Positions 53,611 through 64,000 of a DNA stretch of 64,000 nt are shown here, one piece after another (within the stretch, counting starts at the first letter, position 1; each line of letters begins with the position of its first letter). A program made the position numbers and the translations under genes. Origin of the DNA: Obrimoposthia wandeli (Eukaryota); assembly GCA_977020255.1 (NCBI GenBank), contig CDROCS010004515.1, forward strand, positions 124,001 through 188,000, in the 5' to 3' direction. The notes beneath the pieces were generated by a model. The model was not told the origin of the DNA. It saw nothing but the letters and a program-made list of their open reading frames with translations, and searched no databases.

Positions 53611-54542
53611 AAATTACATAAAACAAACAACTAAAAATAAATTTAAAAAAATATTATTTACATTTTTTAGAATCTAAAATATATATAGATTTAAATTATG
53701 TAAAGAGTTTTATTTAAAAATCAATATTTAAAATGAAATTAAAGATTTAAAAAAATAATTTTACAAACCTAAAATAAAAAATTTGAAAAAAGAATTGTTT
53801 AAAATATACTACGTTGTAGGAGTTTATTACCGAAATTTTATTTTTTAGTAAGTTGTTTCATTGAAATATCACGTTGCAGTATTTTGATCTTGTATATAAA
53901 CAAGATATTATCATTAATGGCCGCCCTGTCAATTGATTTTTATGTCAGGAATTTTTTTTTATTATTATTTAATTTATTTTAGATTCGTTTTATAGAAATT
54001 GTAAATTTAGTTTGATTAGAAGTTGATCGAGAAGTTGAATTTAATTGAATTGAATTGCGAATTGATTATAAGTTGAAGTTGAGAAGTTTATTGAAAAGTT
54101 GAGAAGAAGAAGAGGAAGTTGACTATCTTGACTATTTTGACTCTCTTGTGTTATTATCTTTTGTGTCTTTCTCTATTATATTTTATAATGACAAACTTTA
54201 AAATTTTTAACAATGATAACATTGCTGCCCTGTCTTCGGACGAAGAGTTCCCCGCTTTAGGCGGATCTGTAATGGAGGTGTTATCATCCACTTTAAAAAA
54301 AATAACAACAACAGCAATAACAATAAATATTTTTCGTTCAATACACTGCATTCAGTTTCACTGTTACAATGTTTGGTGTTAATTGTAGTTTTAATGGTCG
54401 TTTTATGAATTTCAATACAAAAGAAGCCCAAACACATCTCCTTTTAAGGATACAAGCCATTTTTAGTAGATAATAGCGATAATAAAACCCCATATAAAAT
54501 TATCATCGTAATATTAGTGCTGAATCAATAACCAAAGTTAAA

Positions 54543-55073
54543 GTGCTAGGTAAACGGGGTAAGCGCCTTAAGGATAAGCTTAAACGACGCTTTAAAAAGA
54601 AGGAAACTAAAAGGGAGCTACAACAGTTGACAATGCATGCTGATTTATTGCATGCCGTTAAACAAATAAAAATTGAACCTGATAAACTAATTAGGGACCT
54701 GGCTGAAAAAATCTATACTGCGTTTGGTTCACGCAAATTAAATTTTAAACAAAATTGCAAGTCTTTTAATTTTTGTAACAAGGTTAGCGATGTCTTGTAT
54801 GACGGAGCACTTGTCACCGTTTTTCCTAAAATGTTTGGTGTTAATTGTAGTTTTAATGGGCATTTTATGAATATCAATACAAATTTACTTAATTGTTTTA
54901 AAGTTATTAAACTTTCTCAAGATGCTGTAATAAAAGACTTAGCTGAGAAAATTTATTCAATATATGGAACCCGAAAATTATATTTTAATCGTTTAGGTAC
55001 ATCATTTAACCTTGATGATAGGTTACGTGATGTACTGTTTGATGGCGTCTTAATTAGTGTTTTTCTAAAGTAA
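54543..55073 (+). pseudogene. Unknown intronless ORF with 80-aa internal tandem duplication, probably virus/Polinton accessory
   Basis: DLAEKIY...RKL.F...SFN...DVL.DG.L..VF repeated with a 240-nt period; no ATG start; adjacent to pPolB. Confidence 0.5.
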
Positions 55074-55185
55074 TTGGTGGTTCCACACCATGTAAACTTT
55101 ATAACTATTGTACTTATAATTGTCATGATGTATGAAAATATAATATAAGTTTAAAAACGGGTACATATGTCCCTCATGTGATATA

Positions 55186-55728
55186 TTGTTCAAAAACATA
55201 ACATATTTAGATTTTTATTCAATTCATAAAAATCATTTAACTTACTTTAATACCAAGAAATCAAATTATAAACGTAAATCATCATCATCACTTTCAAGAA
55301 GTAATAAAGTTATAAAACTAGAAACAATTAATAATATAATATCAGTTGATAATCTGGATAATAGTTTTGATTTCAAAGTTGTTGATAGTTGGTCACGTCC
55401 TAATAGTCCAACATTTCCTTTTAATTTTGATTTCACTACATTTTTAAATAATGATGATGAATTAGATAAGTATTTAAATGAAACTCTAGATTTTAATGAT
55501 TTACTTTATACACATGAAAATCCATTTGTTGATGAATTATATAATGATTCTGTCGCAACTGTAGACCTTGAAGCAATAACAAGTACTCAAATAGGTGTAG
55601 TACTTCAAGATAATCTTATTTTGGATACAACATCTAACCAGAATATGCTAAAACTGGTTATTAACGAGAAAGGCCTGTCCGATCTCAGGTCACCTGTGCA
55701 GAGAGAGAGTAACATCGATAATTGTTGA
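55186..55728 (+). CDS. Unknown intronless ORF (180 aa; basic/Ser N-terminus, acidic remainder)
   Basis: Long open frame in very AT-rich DNA; no recognised motif. Confidence 0.35.
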   Translation: MFKNITYLDFYSIHKNHLTYFNTKKSNYKRKSSSSLSRSNKVIKLETINNIISVDNLDNSFDFKVVDSWSRPNSPTFPFNFDFTTFLNNDDELDKYLNETLDFNDLLYTHENPFVDELYNDSVATVDLEAITSTQIGVVLQDNLILDTTSNQNMLKLVINEKGLSDLRSPVQRESNIDNC

Positions 55729-56799
55729 TTAGTTGCAGGCCGTACTTTAGTCATGTTGCTTCTACTTTTGATGCAACAGTTTGGGCTGCATTTGAATTAG
55801 AGGTGAGGTCCGCAGGATAGAGGGAGAAGATGAACAACTGGTACATCTGCAATGTCCACCGATCAATGGACCATCGCTAATTTCTGTTGATAATGAAATG
55901 CCTGGCCCATTGTCTGATGGACATCTTGATGAAGAGAGAGACAGATGCTGCCGTACTTTCTTGGAGCTAAATGAAAAAGCAGCGGTAGTAATAGGGATGA
56001 TACTGACCGTAGGTTGACGCAGTTGCCGAGATAGAATTGGCTGGAATTGTGAGAGGGTGAAAATTGACATAGAGAGTCAGGGAAATTGAGCAGGGAAATT
56101 GTCTTGTGGTGAACTGTCAGCCAACGCACCAATAAAGGAGAGGAAAGAGAGGAGACACGGGAGAATCTGGCCATGGAGACTGTTGCTGTGGCCGGTTGAA
56201 GAGGGAGAAAGATGGATGTAGATGGAAACAGCTAACACCGCGAGGGAAAGAAGTAATCGTGTTTAAATATTTTTGGAATAATTTTAAAAACATATAACAG
56301 GAATTAGAATTGTGTGCAGACATATATAATCATTGTTTAGAAAGTTAATAGACTTTATTTTACATTTTACCAGTTTTCTGCCTTTTAATCACATTTGATT
56401 TTTAATTCTGCTTAAGACTACTATCATTTTATTTTTGATTTTAACTTTGAATTTGATAATTTGTATTGATTTCACATTATTTGATAAACTGATATTGTAC
56501 CGTAGGATTGTGTCATTGATCGTTTCAGAACCATTAAAAAGCTTCTAATTAATTGTCAAACATCAAAATATTTTATTACATTTCATATTTCAACTTTACC
56601 TTTGAATTGTGCTAGTAAATAAACCTATTTTGCTGCATATTTATATATTGATTTTCTTTGATTTTTCTCTTTATTAATAAAAGGTATCAACAGTTTTTAA
56701 TTTGTCATTTGTAATCAAAACATTTATAATATTTTACTGATTGATAAATCTTCATACACAATAAAAATATGCAATAAAATTCATTTAATCAATAGCAAC

Positions 56800-57220
56800 C
56801 AGGCCCGGTTCTAGGCGTAGGCGACGTCGGCGATAGCCGACGGCGGCACTTTTCCGAAATTTTTTAGGGCGGCATTTTCTTAATTTTATTTTTGATACTT
56901 TTTCAAAACAAAACGAAATAAATTTCAAAATCCATGTAAATCCATGGAAGAATTAGTCAAAGATTTTGCAGAATTAAAAGCAAGGAAAATTCACTTTTAA
57001 TTATGATTTGTTTGCGTTATGTTTTATTTTGGTATAAATTGAATTTATTTATGTTTATTTTTGTTTTTATATAATGTTTCTAATTAAATAAATATATATA
57101 CATAATTAAGTTTAGGTTATATTGTTTTTCTATTTTTCTTCAATTTTAAAATAATTGAATTTTTTTGGGCGGCAAATATACATCTCGCCTACACACATAA
57201 AAGTTCTAGAACCGGGCCTG
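56800..57220. mobile_element. Complete 421-bp hAT MITE (second family)
   Basis: Perfect 15-bp TIRs CAGGCCCGGTTCTAG / CTAGAACCGGGCCTG; 8-bp TSD ATAGCAAC. Confidence 0.95.
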
Positions 57221-57751
57221 ATAGCAACTATATTTAATTTTCTCTTCTAAAAATTAAGAATACAGTTATTAACCAAGGATAATGACAGAGTTTAGATAGT
57301 GACTTTTTTCCGTTTGCAAAACAAGGATAGCCGATATCTAATTATTTAACAATTTGGAGAAGCCTAGTGCAGACTATCTGCTTAAATCAAACATAAAATT
57401 AATTATTATTTATAAAAACCTTTTGAATCCAAATTGTGGATCAAATTATTATTTTACTTGGAATAATAAAATTTACGACATAATTCGTAAAACACAAAAC
57501 AAAATAGTGGTAAATAACATTAAATCAGAAAAAAGTAAAATTCATAAATCCAAACGTAGCGCTAGTCTTCACTGTAAACGTATTCAAACAAGATTAGTTA
57601 GGACAGACTCCAGTGAGAAACCGATTGAGAGACCTAAATCATAAATCAGTTTTACAACAAAAAGCAGTTTTACCTAAACCTAACATTACCGTCTAATACA
57701 GAAAGTTTACTCACACCACAAACATTTGACTCAGACAACTCGTCAGAAACA

Positions 57752-58340
57752 ATGGCAGTACCAGAACCACTTAATATACAAATGAATAACGAACAAATAA
57801 ACGAAGAACCTCAGATGGCAGGTTATAGATTAAACATACCATTAGACACTTTTAATGGCGATAAATCCTCGTTACCAGAATTCTTGAATATATACGATTC
57901 ATTCGCTAAGGCATTTGAATGGATAAACCCAGAGAAACTTAGAGTTTTTTCTGCATACCTAAAGGATACTGCTCTAACTATGTATAAAGGATTAACAGAT
58001 CTGCAAAAAGACACATCGGAACATTTAGTACAACACTTCCAAAATATGGTCTTAGAAACGCAGTCAAACCAGAATTGCATAAATAAATTTAAAATACGAG
58101 AACAACATGTAGGAGAACCCAAAAACATATTCGCAGTTGAATTACGACGACTAGCACTAAAATCTTTCCCCGAAAAAGAAGAATCCCAAAGCGGACGATT
58201 ACTTCTAGATCAGTTCTTACATGGATTGAATAAAAAATCGGAGATCACCCAGCACTACTGGAGGCAGAGAACTTTCAACAAGCTATAGATAAATATCAAC
58301 TAGTAAAAGCAAGACTAAATATGTTGCAGCAAACTGAGGT
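57752..58340 (+). mobile_element. Ty3/Gypsy gag (capsid) remnant
   Basis: DTFNGD...PEFL..Y...W...KL...YLKDTAL and ELRRLA..FP...LLDQFLHGL retrotransposon gag pattern; frameshifted and no pol follows. Confidence 0.8.
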
Positions 58341-58722
58341 TTCAGCACTATCTTTTGAAAAAATACAGCGACCACAAACACCACCAAACTACAACCAAAC
58401 TCAAAGTTTTAACCCATACATACAATATGATCTTCAAGATCGCCAACAATTCAGACCACCGACAAATAATTTTTACAGAGACTAGACAAATAGAAATTAT
58501 ACAAACTCAGAATATACACAAAGATCTTTTCAGAAATGCACAAATTGAGGACTTTCAAATCACACAACAGAAAACTGTCAAAGAATAAGTAACAGTAAAT
58601 TTAGCAAAAAAGACAATCACACCATCGAAACGTGTCGAAAACCGTTTTGTTGAAACGTGATTATAGTCATGATAGAATCAAATCCGTTTTAGTTAAAAGG
58701 TTAGTTAAAAAACCTTTGATAA

Positions 58723-58992
58723 AAATATGATTCTATATATGAGTTTCTAACGGATTTAAGTTCTTTGCAAATAAAACCTGAACCAAGTCATGTTATTATT
58801 TATCTTGAATACATTTTACCAAATCCCGAATGTATTGTTTGCTTGTCGGATATGATTTCCGTAGCATTTTTACCATGTGGACACTTAAATACATGCATTA
58901 AATGTTCAGATCACTTTATTACATGTCCATATTGCAAGACAATTATCATTAGAGGAGTAAGAAATATCAAATTTAATGGGATAAGCAATTGA
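58723..58992 (+). pseudogene. IAP-type C3HC4 RING finger, no start codon
   Basis: CIVC...VAFLPCGHLNTCIKC...CPYCK..I.GVR; upstream in-frame TAA at 58720. Confidence 0.75.
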
Positions 58993-59976
58993 CCAAAGAC
59001 ATCGTATGCAATGGTAATAAAAATAGATTTTCAAATAGTATATAAGAATCAGTTTATAATAAACCGAAGTGTTACTTCACAATATCAAATTTGTGAATAT
59101 TAATTATAGGGGAATGGTTGTAAGCGACATCCAACACTTACCATTTCGGACTTCGAAGCCGCACCAGTATCGACTCAAGTGTGTAGATTATTCTATTATA
59201 ATTTTCAAAACTGGTAACTTATTTTACATTTAAATTTTAATATAAATTAGGAACATGCTGAATAATAGGCTGTAAAGCAGTGTTAGATGAAAGCACTATT
59301 CCTTTCGATATTAAAATCGAAAGAATCCAATCAATCAGCGTCAATACTAATCTAGAAAAACCGAGATGAGTAAAAGCTGAGCAAGAGTATGGGATTGGAT
59401 GCAGTTTACGAACTAGAAAATTTCCCGAGACTTTGATATGCCAAATACAATCCACTATAAGTGAACATTTTCACAAGCGGGAAGGTGGTGATACTTGTTA
59501 AGTCACTATGTTATGAATATCTTATTGAATGTATTTTGTTTAATATACATCTTCACGCTTGTGTTATTTCTTCCCTGAACAAAGACATGAAATTCAAAAA
59601 GTTGCAAAAGGTCACAACATCATGTCTGCGTATTATTGGACAAGGTATAATAGGCAGGTATACTGTGTGGGTGTGTCCTGTAGGACAACGGAGGAGAAGG
59701 AGTATACAGTATCCTCTGTGGATTATCAGGCTCATATCGCCAGCCTCATGGTAAATAATAATAAGAAGGTCATCATTCGTTTGGTGGCAATTCTTAAAGT
59801 GGTTCAGCCCCAGCTCCATCACATGCAACCAATATCCATTCAATAACTGACCTTGGCCCATAAATTGTGCCAACTGACCCCTCTACAGTTTTCGAGCCTG
59901 TTGTTGAGTCATCCTCTCAACATACAAATAATGCATGGATGGATGACATCAGCCATGATGGCCGGAAAGAAAGGAC

Positions 59977-62751
59977 GTGAACGCAATAGAAAAGGCTGTG
60001 ACCACAGCCTGCTTACTGAGGAAACTGGATTGTGATCAAGCCCCTTGTTTCAAGCCAAGGAACCACGGCAAGAACAAGGAGAATATCGTAATTAACAAGC
60101 TATACGCCTTCTCAAAAAAAACAGCATTTGACCAAATCACGGAGATCCCTATCGACGAGACAACAGCATGCCCAAACGAGGACAACATACGGGGTTTCTT
60201 CACAAGCAAGAGCGCTGAACCAACCCCAATTGACTGGGATGCAGTTCCCGATAACCTTTTCCGAAAAGCACCAGAGACCTTTGAGATCAGCCACATCACT
60301 CCAAAGGAGGTAACTCGAGCGCTGAGAGCAGCACCTAGTAGTGCCCCAGGACCGGACCAAGTAACATATAGGGACATGTTACACAGCTTCGATAATGGTA
60401 ACAAACTGGCAAGCCTATACAATGCATGCATTGACGAACAACGGACTCCCGACTCTTGGCGAACCTTCAAGACCAAGTTCATCCCAAAACCTAGGAAACA
60501 GCGCTACGATGACATCACAGCTTGGCGACCTATCGCAGTCATGTCATGCGTTTACAAGATATTTGCGTCAATCATCACAAGACGGATGAGTGATTGGGCC
60601 TTGAAGAATAAAATACTGGATCCACGACAAAAATACCTTGGTGCTTACGAGGGGTGCTATGAGCACAACACGGTGATTAGCCTGATCACCTCGGAAGTAT
60701 TGCGAAAGAGGAACCAAGGCTGCGCCTACATCGCCTTCCTAGATCTGGCCGATGCCTTTGGGTCGGTACCAGTCTCTTTCATTTGGGGGATGCTGGAAAA
60801 AATTAACGTGGCCCCAGCCGCTATCAGACTGCTTGAAGATGTATATAAGCAGAATATGACCAACATTGTCTGAGGTGACAGGAAAATCAACCGGATCCCA
60901 ATAAAACGAGGAGTGCGACAAGGGTGTCCACTATCGATGCTCTTATTTAATATGAGCATCAATCCAGTAATAGAGGCCACAAACCAAAGCCATGGCTCAG
61001 GATACAGATTTGAAACAGGTGAAGAAATCCGGACCCTGACATACGCCGATGACCTTGCACTCATATCTAGCTCCAAAGAAGGACTCCAGGCCCTGATCAA
61101 TACCGCTGACAAGACTGCGAGTACACTACAGCTGACATTCCGGCCCAGCAAGTGTGGTGTCCTACGAATACTTTACAGGAAAGACAAACTAGCTGACAAT
61201 CTCATGTTGAGAGGAGAAAAAATACCAGAGGTAACTGCGGACACGCCATACCGATACCTTGGCAGCGACAGGACTGCAAACGCCAAGCAACATTGCGAGG
61301 AGCTGTTGGCTGAAGTGCTTCGACTGACCACGACAGTGGCAAAAAGCGAACTAAGACCGTATCAAAAGACTGACGCATACAATACCTTCATTCACTCAAA
61401 GCTGATATTTGTATTCAGACAGGGAAACCTGGTACACTCCCGCTTATCCTGCAACCGAACAGACGAAAGGGGCTTCGAAGGACTCCTAAGGAAAGTCATA
61501 AAACCAATCGCGGGACTAGACTTAGCCAACAGCCCTATCGTAGTTCTCTATGGGCACAAGGACCGTGGAGGTCTTGGGCTGACAAGGATTGAGGACGAAT
61601 ATAACATCCAGTCCATCATCCAGACGATAAAGATGGCAAATGCACGCGACAGGGACCTGAAGAACCTATTCAGGCGTGAGCTCACCGAACAATTGAAGTT
61701 TCCTAATCCACCAATGACCTTCTCCGAAGCAGTTCAGGGGTTTAATGAAGGGACCCTAGCCACTAACATGAAAGATACGGGACTTTGGACGCGGCTGTTC
61801 CACGCGGCCAAGAAATTCCAGAATGAGCTAAATATCAAACTAGAACTGATTGAGAAAGACCAAGCACTCAATCTTTTCATAACCAGCGACCATGGAGGCA
61901 GTTTTCTCATGCAGTTCAAGACCTACAAGGCCACAAGTAAGGCGATGCATAACATTGTGCAACTCAGCCAGAGTCACAAGGTTCTCGAAGACAAGCTAGC
62001 GAGTCCAATATATAAGAACGCCACATCCGACACAGACATTAACCGGGCCATCATGAAGGGCCGTCTGACGTACCGAGGGTGGTTCTTCATCCACCGCGCA
62101 AGGTGCGGGCGCATGAAGGTACGAGGCCCCAGGACTGATATGATCGCCCCATGCAGGAAGGGATGCCAGGAGCGAGAGTCGATGAGCCATGCAATCGTTG
62201 GTTGTAAGCTCATAGCAAAACTACGAATTCAAAGACACGACATGATCTGCCGGGAAACTGCAAGGGTCATGGAACTAAAATATCCAGAACAGGTAACTCA
62301 AGAGCTGACCCACTTATGTGTAGACGATAACGGAAACAGCTGCAGACCACGACCAGACATAACGATCGAGACTGACTATAAGGTGATGCTGATAGAGATC
62401 AAGATCCCGTTTGACTCTGACATGTCATTTGATCTGAGGCTCACCGAAACTATGTCCAAATACGCGGAGCTCGTTGAAATGCTAAAGACCCGCCACCCAG
62501 AAAAACTCGTGCAACTCTACGCGCTAAGGATCGGGACCCTCGGCTTCTGGCCTGAAATCAAAAACCGGATCTTTGCAAATGCTGGTTTTAAAGCATAGGA
62601 GATCAAGGATATCAAGATCCGACTAACCCTGAAAACCATCGAACATACAGCGGCCTCGTGGGCTAAATTCTCGAGTCATACAACTGGGATCCTGGATAAG
62701 TTGTCAGCCGAGGAGCTGGAGAAGATTGAGACCTGGACCTACGTAAAATAA
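59977..62751 (+). mobile_element. RT-RLE non-LTR retrotransposon (NeSL/R2/R4-like group), 5'-truncated, two in-frame stops
   Basis: SAPGPD, WRPIAV, GCYEH, FLDLADAFGSVP, GVRQGCPLS, YADD, YRYLG, CRKGC-x7-H-x4-C knuckle, RPDI..IEIKIPFD endonuclease. One frame throughout with TGA at 60871 and TAG at 62596; true stop TAA at 62749-62751. Confidence 0.95.
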
Positions 62752-62950
62752 AAAAAAAATTAAAAAAAAATCTTTAAAAAACAAAAACAAAAAAAAACAA
62801 AAAACAAAACAACAACAAGCAAACAACAACAACAACCAACAACCAACAACAACAACAACAACAACAACAACCAACAACCAACAAACAACAGCAGATTCGT
62901 GTGCCGAAAATGAGCCTTTTGATCCAACAAACAAAAACAAATAAAAAAAA
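62748..62950. repeat. Poly(A) grading into a degenerate (CAA)n tract
   Basis: Direct read. Confidence 0.85.
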
Positions 62951-62999
62951 TTTGTTTATTAATATCTGAATAAAAATAATAAGATCTGAAAACTTCGAC

Positions 63000-63530
63000 A
63001 TGGTCAGGAAGAGAAATAATGAAGCGCAGGTAAACAACGGGAGTAATTATAACCTCCTGCAGGGGGCCCAAGACGATATTTTTGGGTTACTGCGAAACTA
63101 TAATGTCAACGAGGAGTGCGCAAAGATACTGTCTGGTATTATCGACAAATTTGTAATGGCAAAGAACAACATTAGTCTAGAGGAAGCAGCAGACTCGTAT
63201 GCCAAAAAGAGACCTTTTATCAACAATAGAAAGGATTTGTTGGGAGATTTGAAAAGTGGTGGTCAGAGTTCGAAACTTCGACATGGACAGGAGGAGAAAT
63301 CGTACCCGAAAACCGACCTACGGTCGGTTACGGGTAATGGCCGAAAAGGTGGCCCCGCTACAATCGAGACTGCCGAGGGGCCCAAAACTGTACCCGGCGA
63401 TGACGTAAGAGTACTGAAAAAGTACGCGGACCTACTCAAAGTTCCAATGACGAAACCGAGACCCCAAGCAGTTACTGTTACTGCTACCGAGGACCAGCAG
63501 CATATTGAGACATGGACCTACGTAAAGTAG
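63000..63530 (+). CDS. Unknown intact 176-aa ORF sharing its C-terminus with the RT-RLE protein
   Basis: ATG to TAG, GC content similar to the retroelement, ends EDQQHIETWTYVK; followed by a short UTR and (TAAA)5 at 63589-63608. Confidence 0.6.
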   Translation: MVRKRNNEAQVNNGSNYNLLQGAQDDIFGLLRNYNVNEECAKILSGIIDKFVMAKNNISLEEAADSYAKKRPFINNRKDLLGDLKSGGQSSKLRHGQEEKSYPKTDLRSVTGNGRKGGPATIETAEGPKTVPGDDVRVLKKYADLLKVPMTKPRPQAVTVTATEDQQHIETWTYVK

Positions 63531-63619
63531 AAGAGGCCCCTATTTGGCCTTTGAGAAATTGATTGCGTTCACATTAATAAATGTTTGATAAATAAATAAA
63601 TAAATAAATCTAATATAAT

Positions 63620-64000
63620 ACTGATATCCCAGTTAATGTAACAGATGAAGAAATATTTAAAAATCCTTTTGTAGATGTAATTTATAGGAGCAAAAATGAG
63701 GGGACTCAGGTCAACTTAATTTTGCTTGAACAGAATAATAAATTCCATTATGCTGCAATTCCCAGTTTAGATCGTCTTCTAAATTTAGATAATGGAGCCT
63801 TACCGGTTAGGATAAGGTGTAAGTGGTGTCATAGATGTTTGAATGGATTCCGATCCGAGCTCTCTTACAGCAAACATCTGACATTATGTTCACTGAATCC
63901 TGATGACAATACGCTATATAGCATGCCTAAGGATAAGGATTTAAAATTCAGGGATTGGGCAAAATGCATACCCGTGGAATTCAGGGTGTATGCAGATTTT
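63620..64000 (+). pseudogene. Second Polinton pPolB, N-terminal region, runs off the window
   Basis: VNLILL...HY..IPSLDRLL...CHRCLNGF...H...C...MPKDKDLKFRDWAK...FRVYADF; one frameshift near 63700. Confidence 0.85.

Noticed and set aside
55750-56260. RTE-like LINE 3' remnant
   Set aside because: GC-richer, with faint ELAG/IVLW similarity, but too many stops to support a call.
59977-62751. Stop-codon readthrough or alternative genetic code in the RT-RLE ORF
   Set aside because: GM130 ends in TAG and other ORFs use TGA as stop; two point nonsense mutations are the simpler explanation.
62945-62975. U2 snRNA target fragment (Utopia-type insertion)
   Set aside because: Only TTAATATCTGA matches, in AT-rich DNA; the rest of U2 is absent.
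62704-63071. Minus-strand poly-Val/Leu/Cys ORFs
   Set aside because: Artefacts of the (CAA)n tract.

Overview
Very AT-rich animal (invertebrate) nuclear DNA. One intact host gene can be reconstructed: a GM130/GOLGA2 golgin on + (5009-41198, 13 exons, 719 aa). It mixes seven 34-46 nt micro-introns with five large introns, one of them 22.5 kb. The rest is mostly mobile-element and endogenous-virus debris: hAT MITEs with 8-bp TSDs, a pogo remnant, a decayed Bel/Pao retrotransposon, Gypsy gag and integrase remnants, Polinton/adintovirus modules (penton-core-MCP and two pPolB fragments), and a nearly intact RT-RLE non-LTR retrotransposon. Most unusual observations: (i) the RT-RLE ORF and an unrelated downstream ORF end in the same peptide IETWTYVK; (ii) a TG..CA element with a 4-bp TSD carries 12 palindromic repeats with compensatory stem changes plus an 18-bp array; (iii) a ~9-kb composite repeat is duplicated inside the giant intron, with a CTAG-hairpin end and a 342-bp satellite forming a 684-bp higher-order dimer; (iv) two decayed tandem paralogous ORFs of unknown, possibly viral, family. 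All calls come from manual motif recognition; no searches were run. The micro-intron sizes suggest a compact parasitic invertebrate genome (e.g. an orthonectid), which is inference only.
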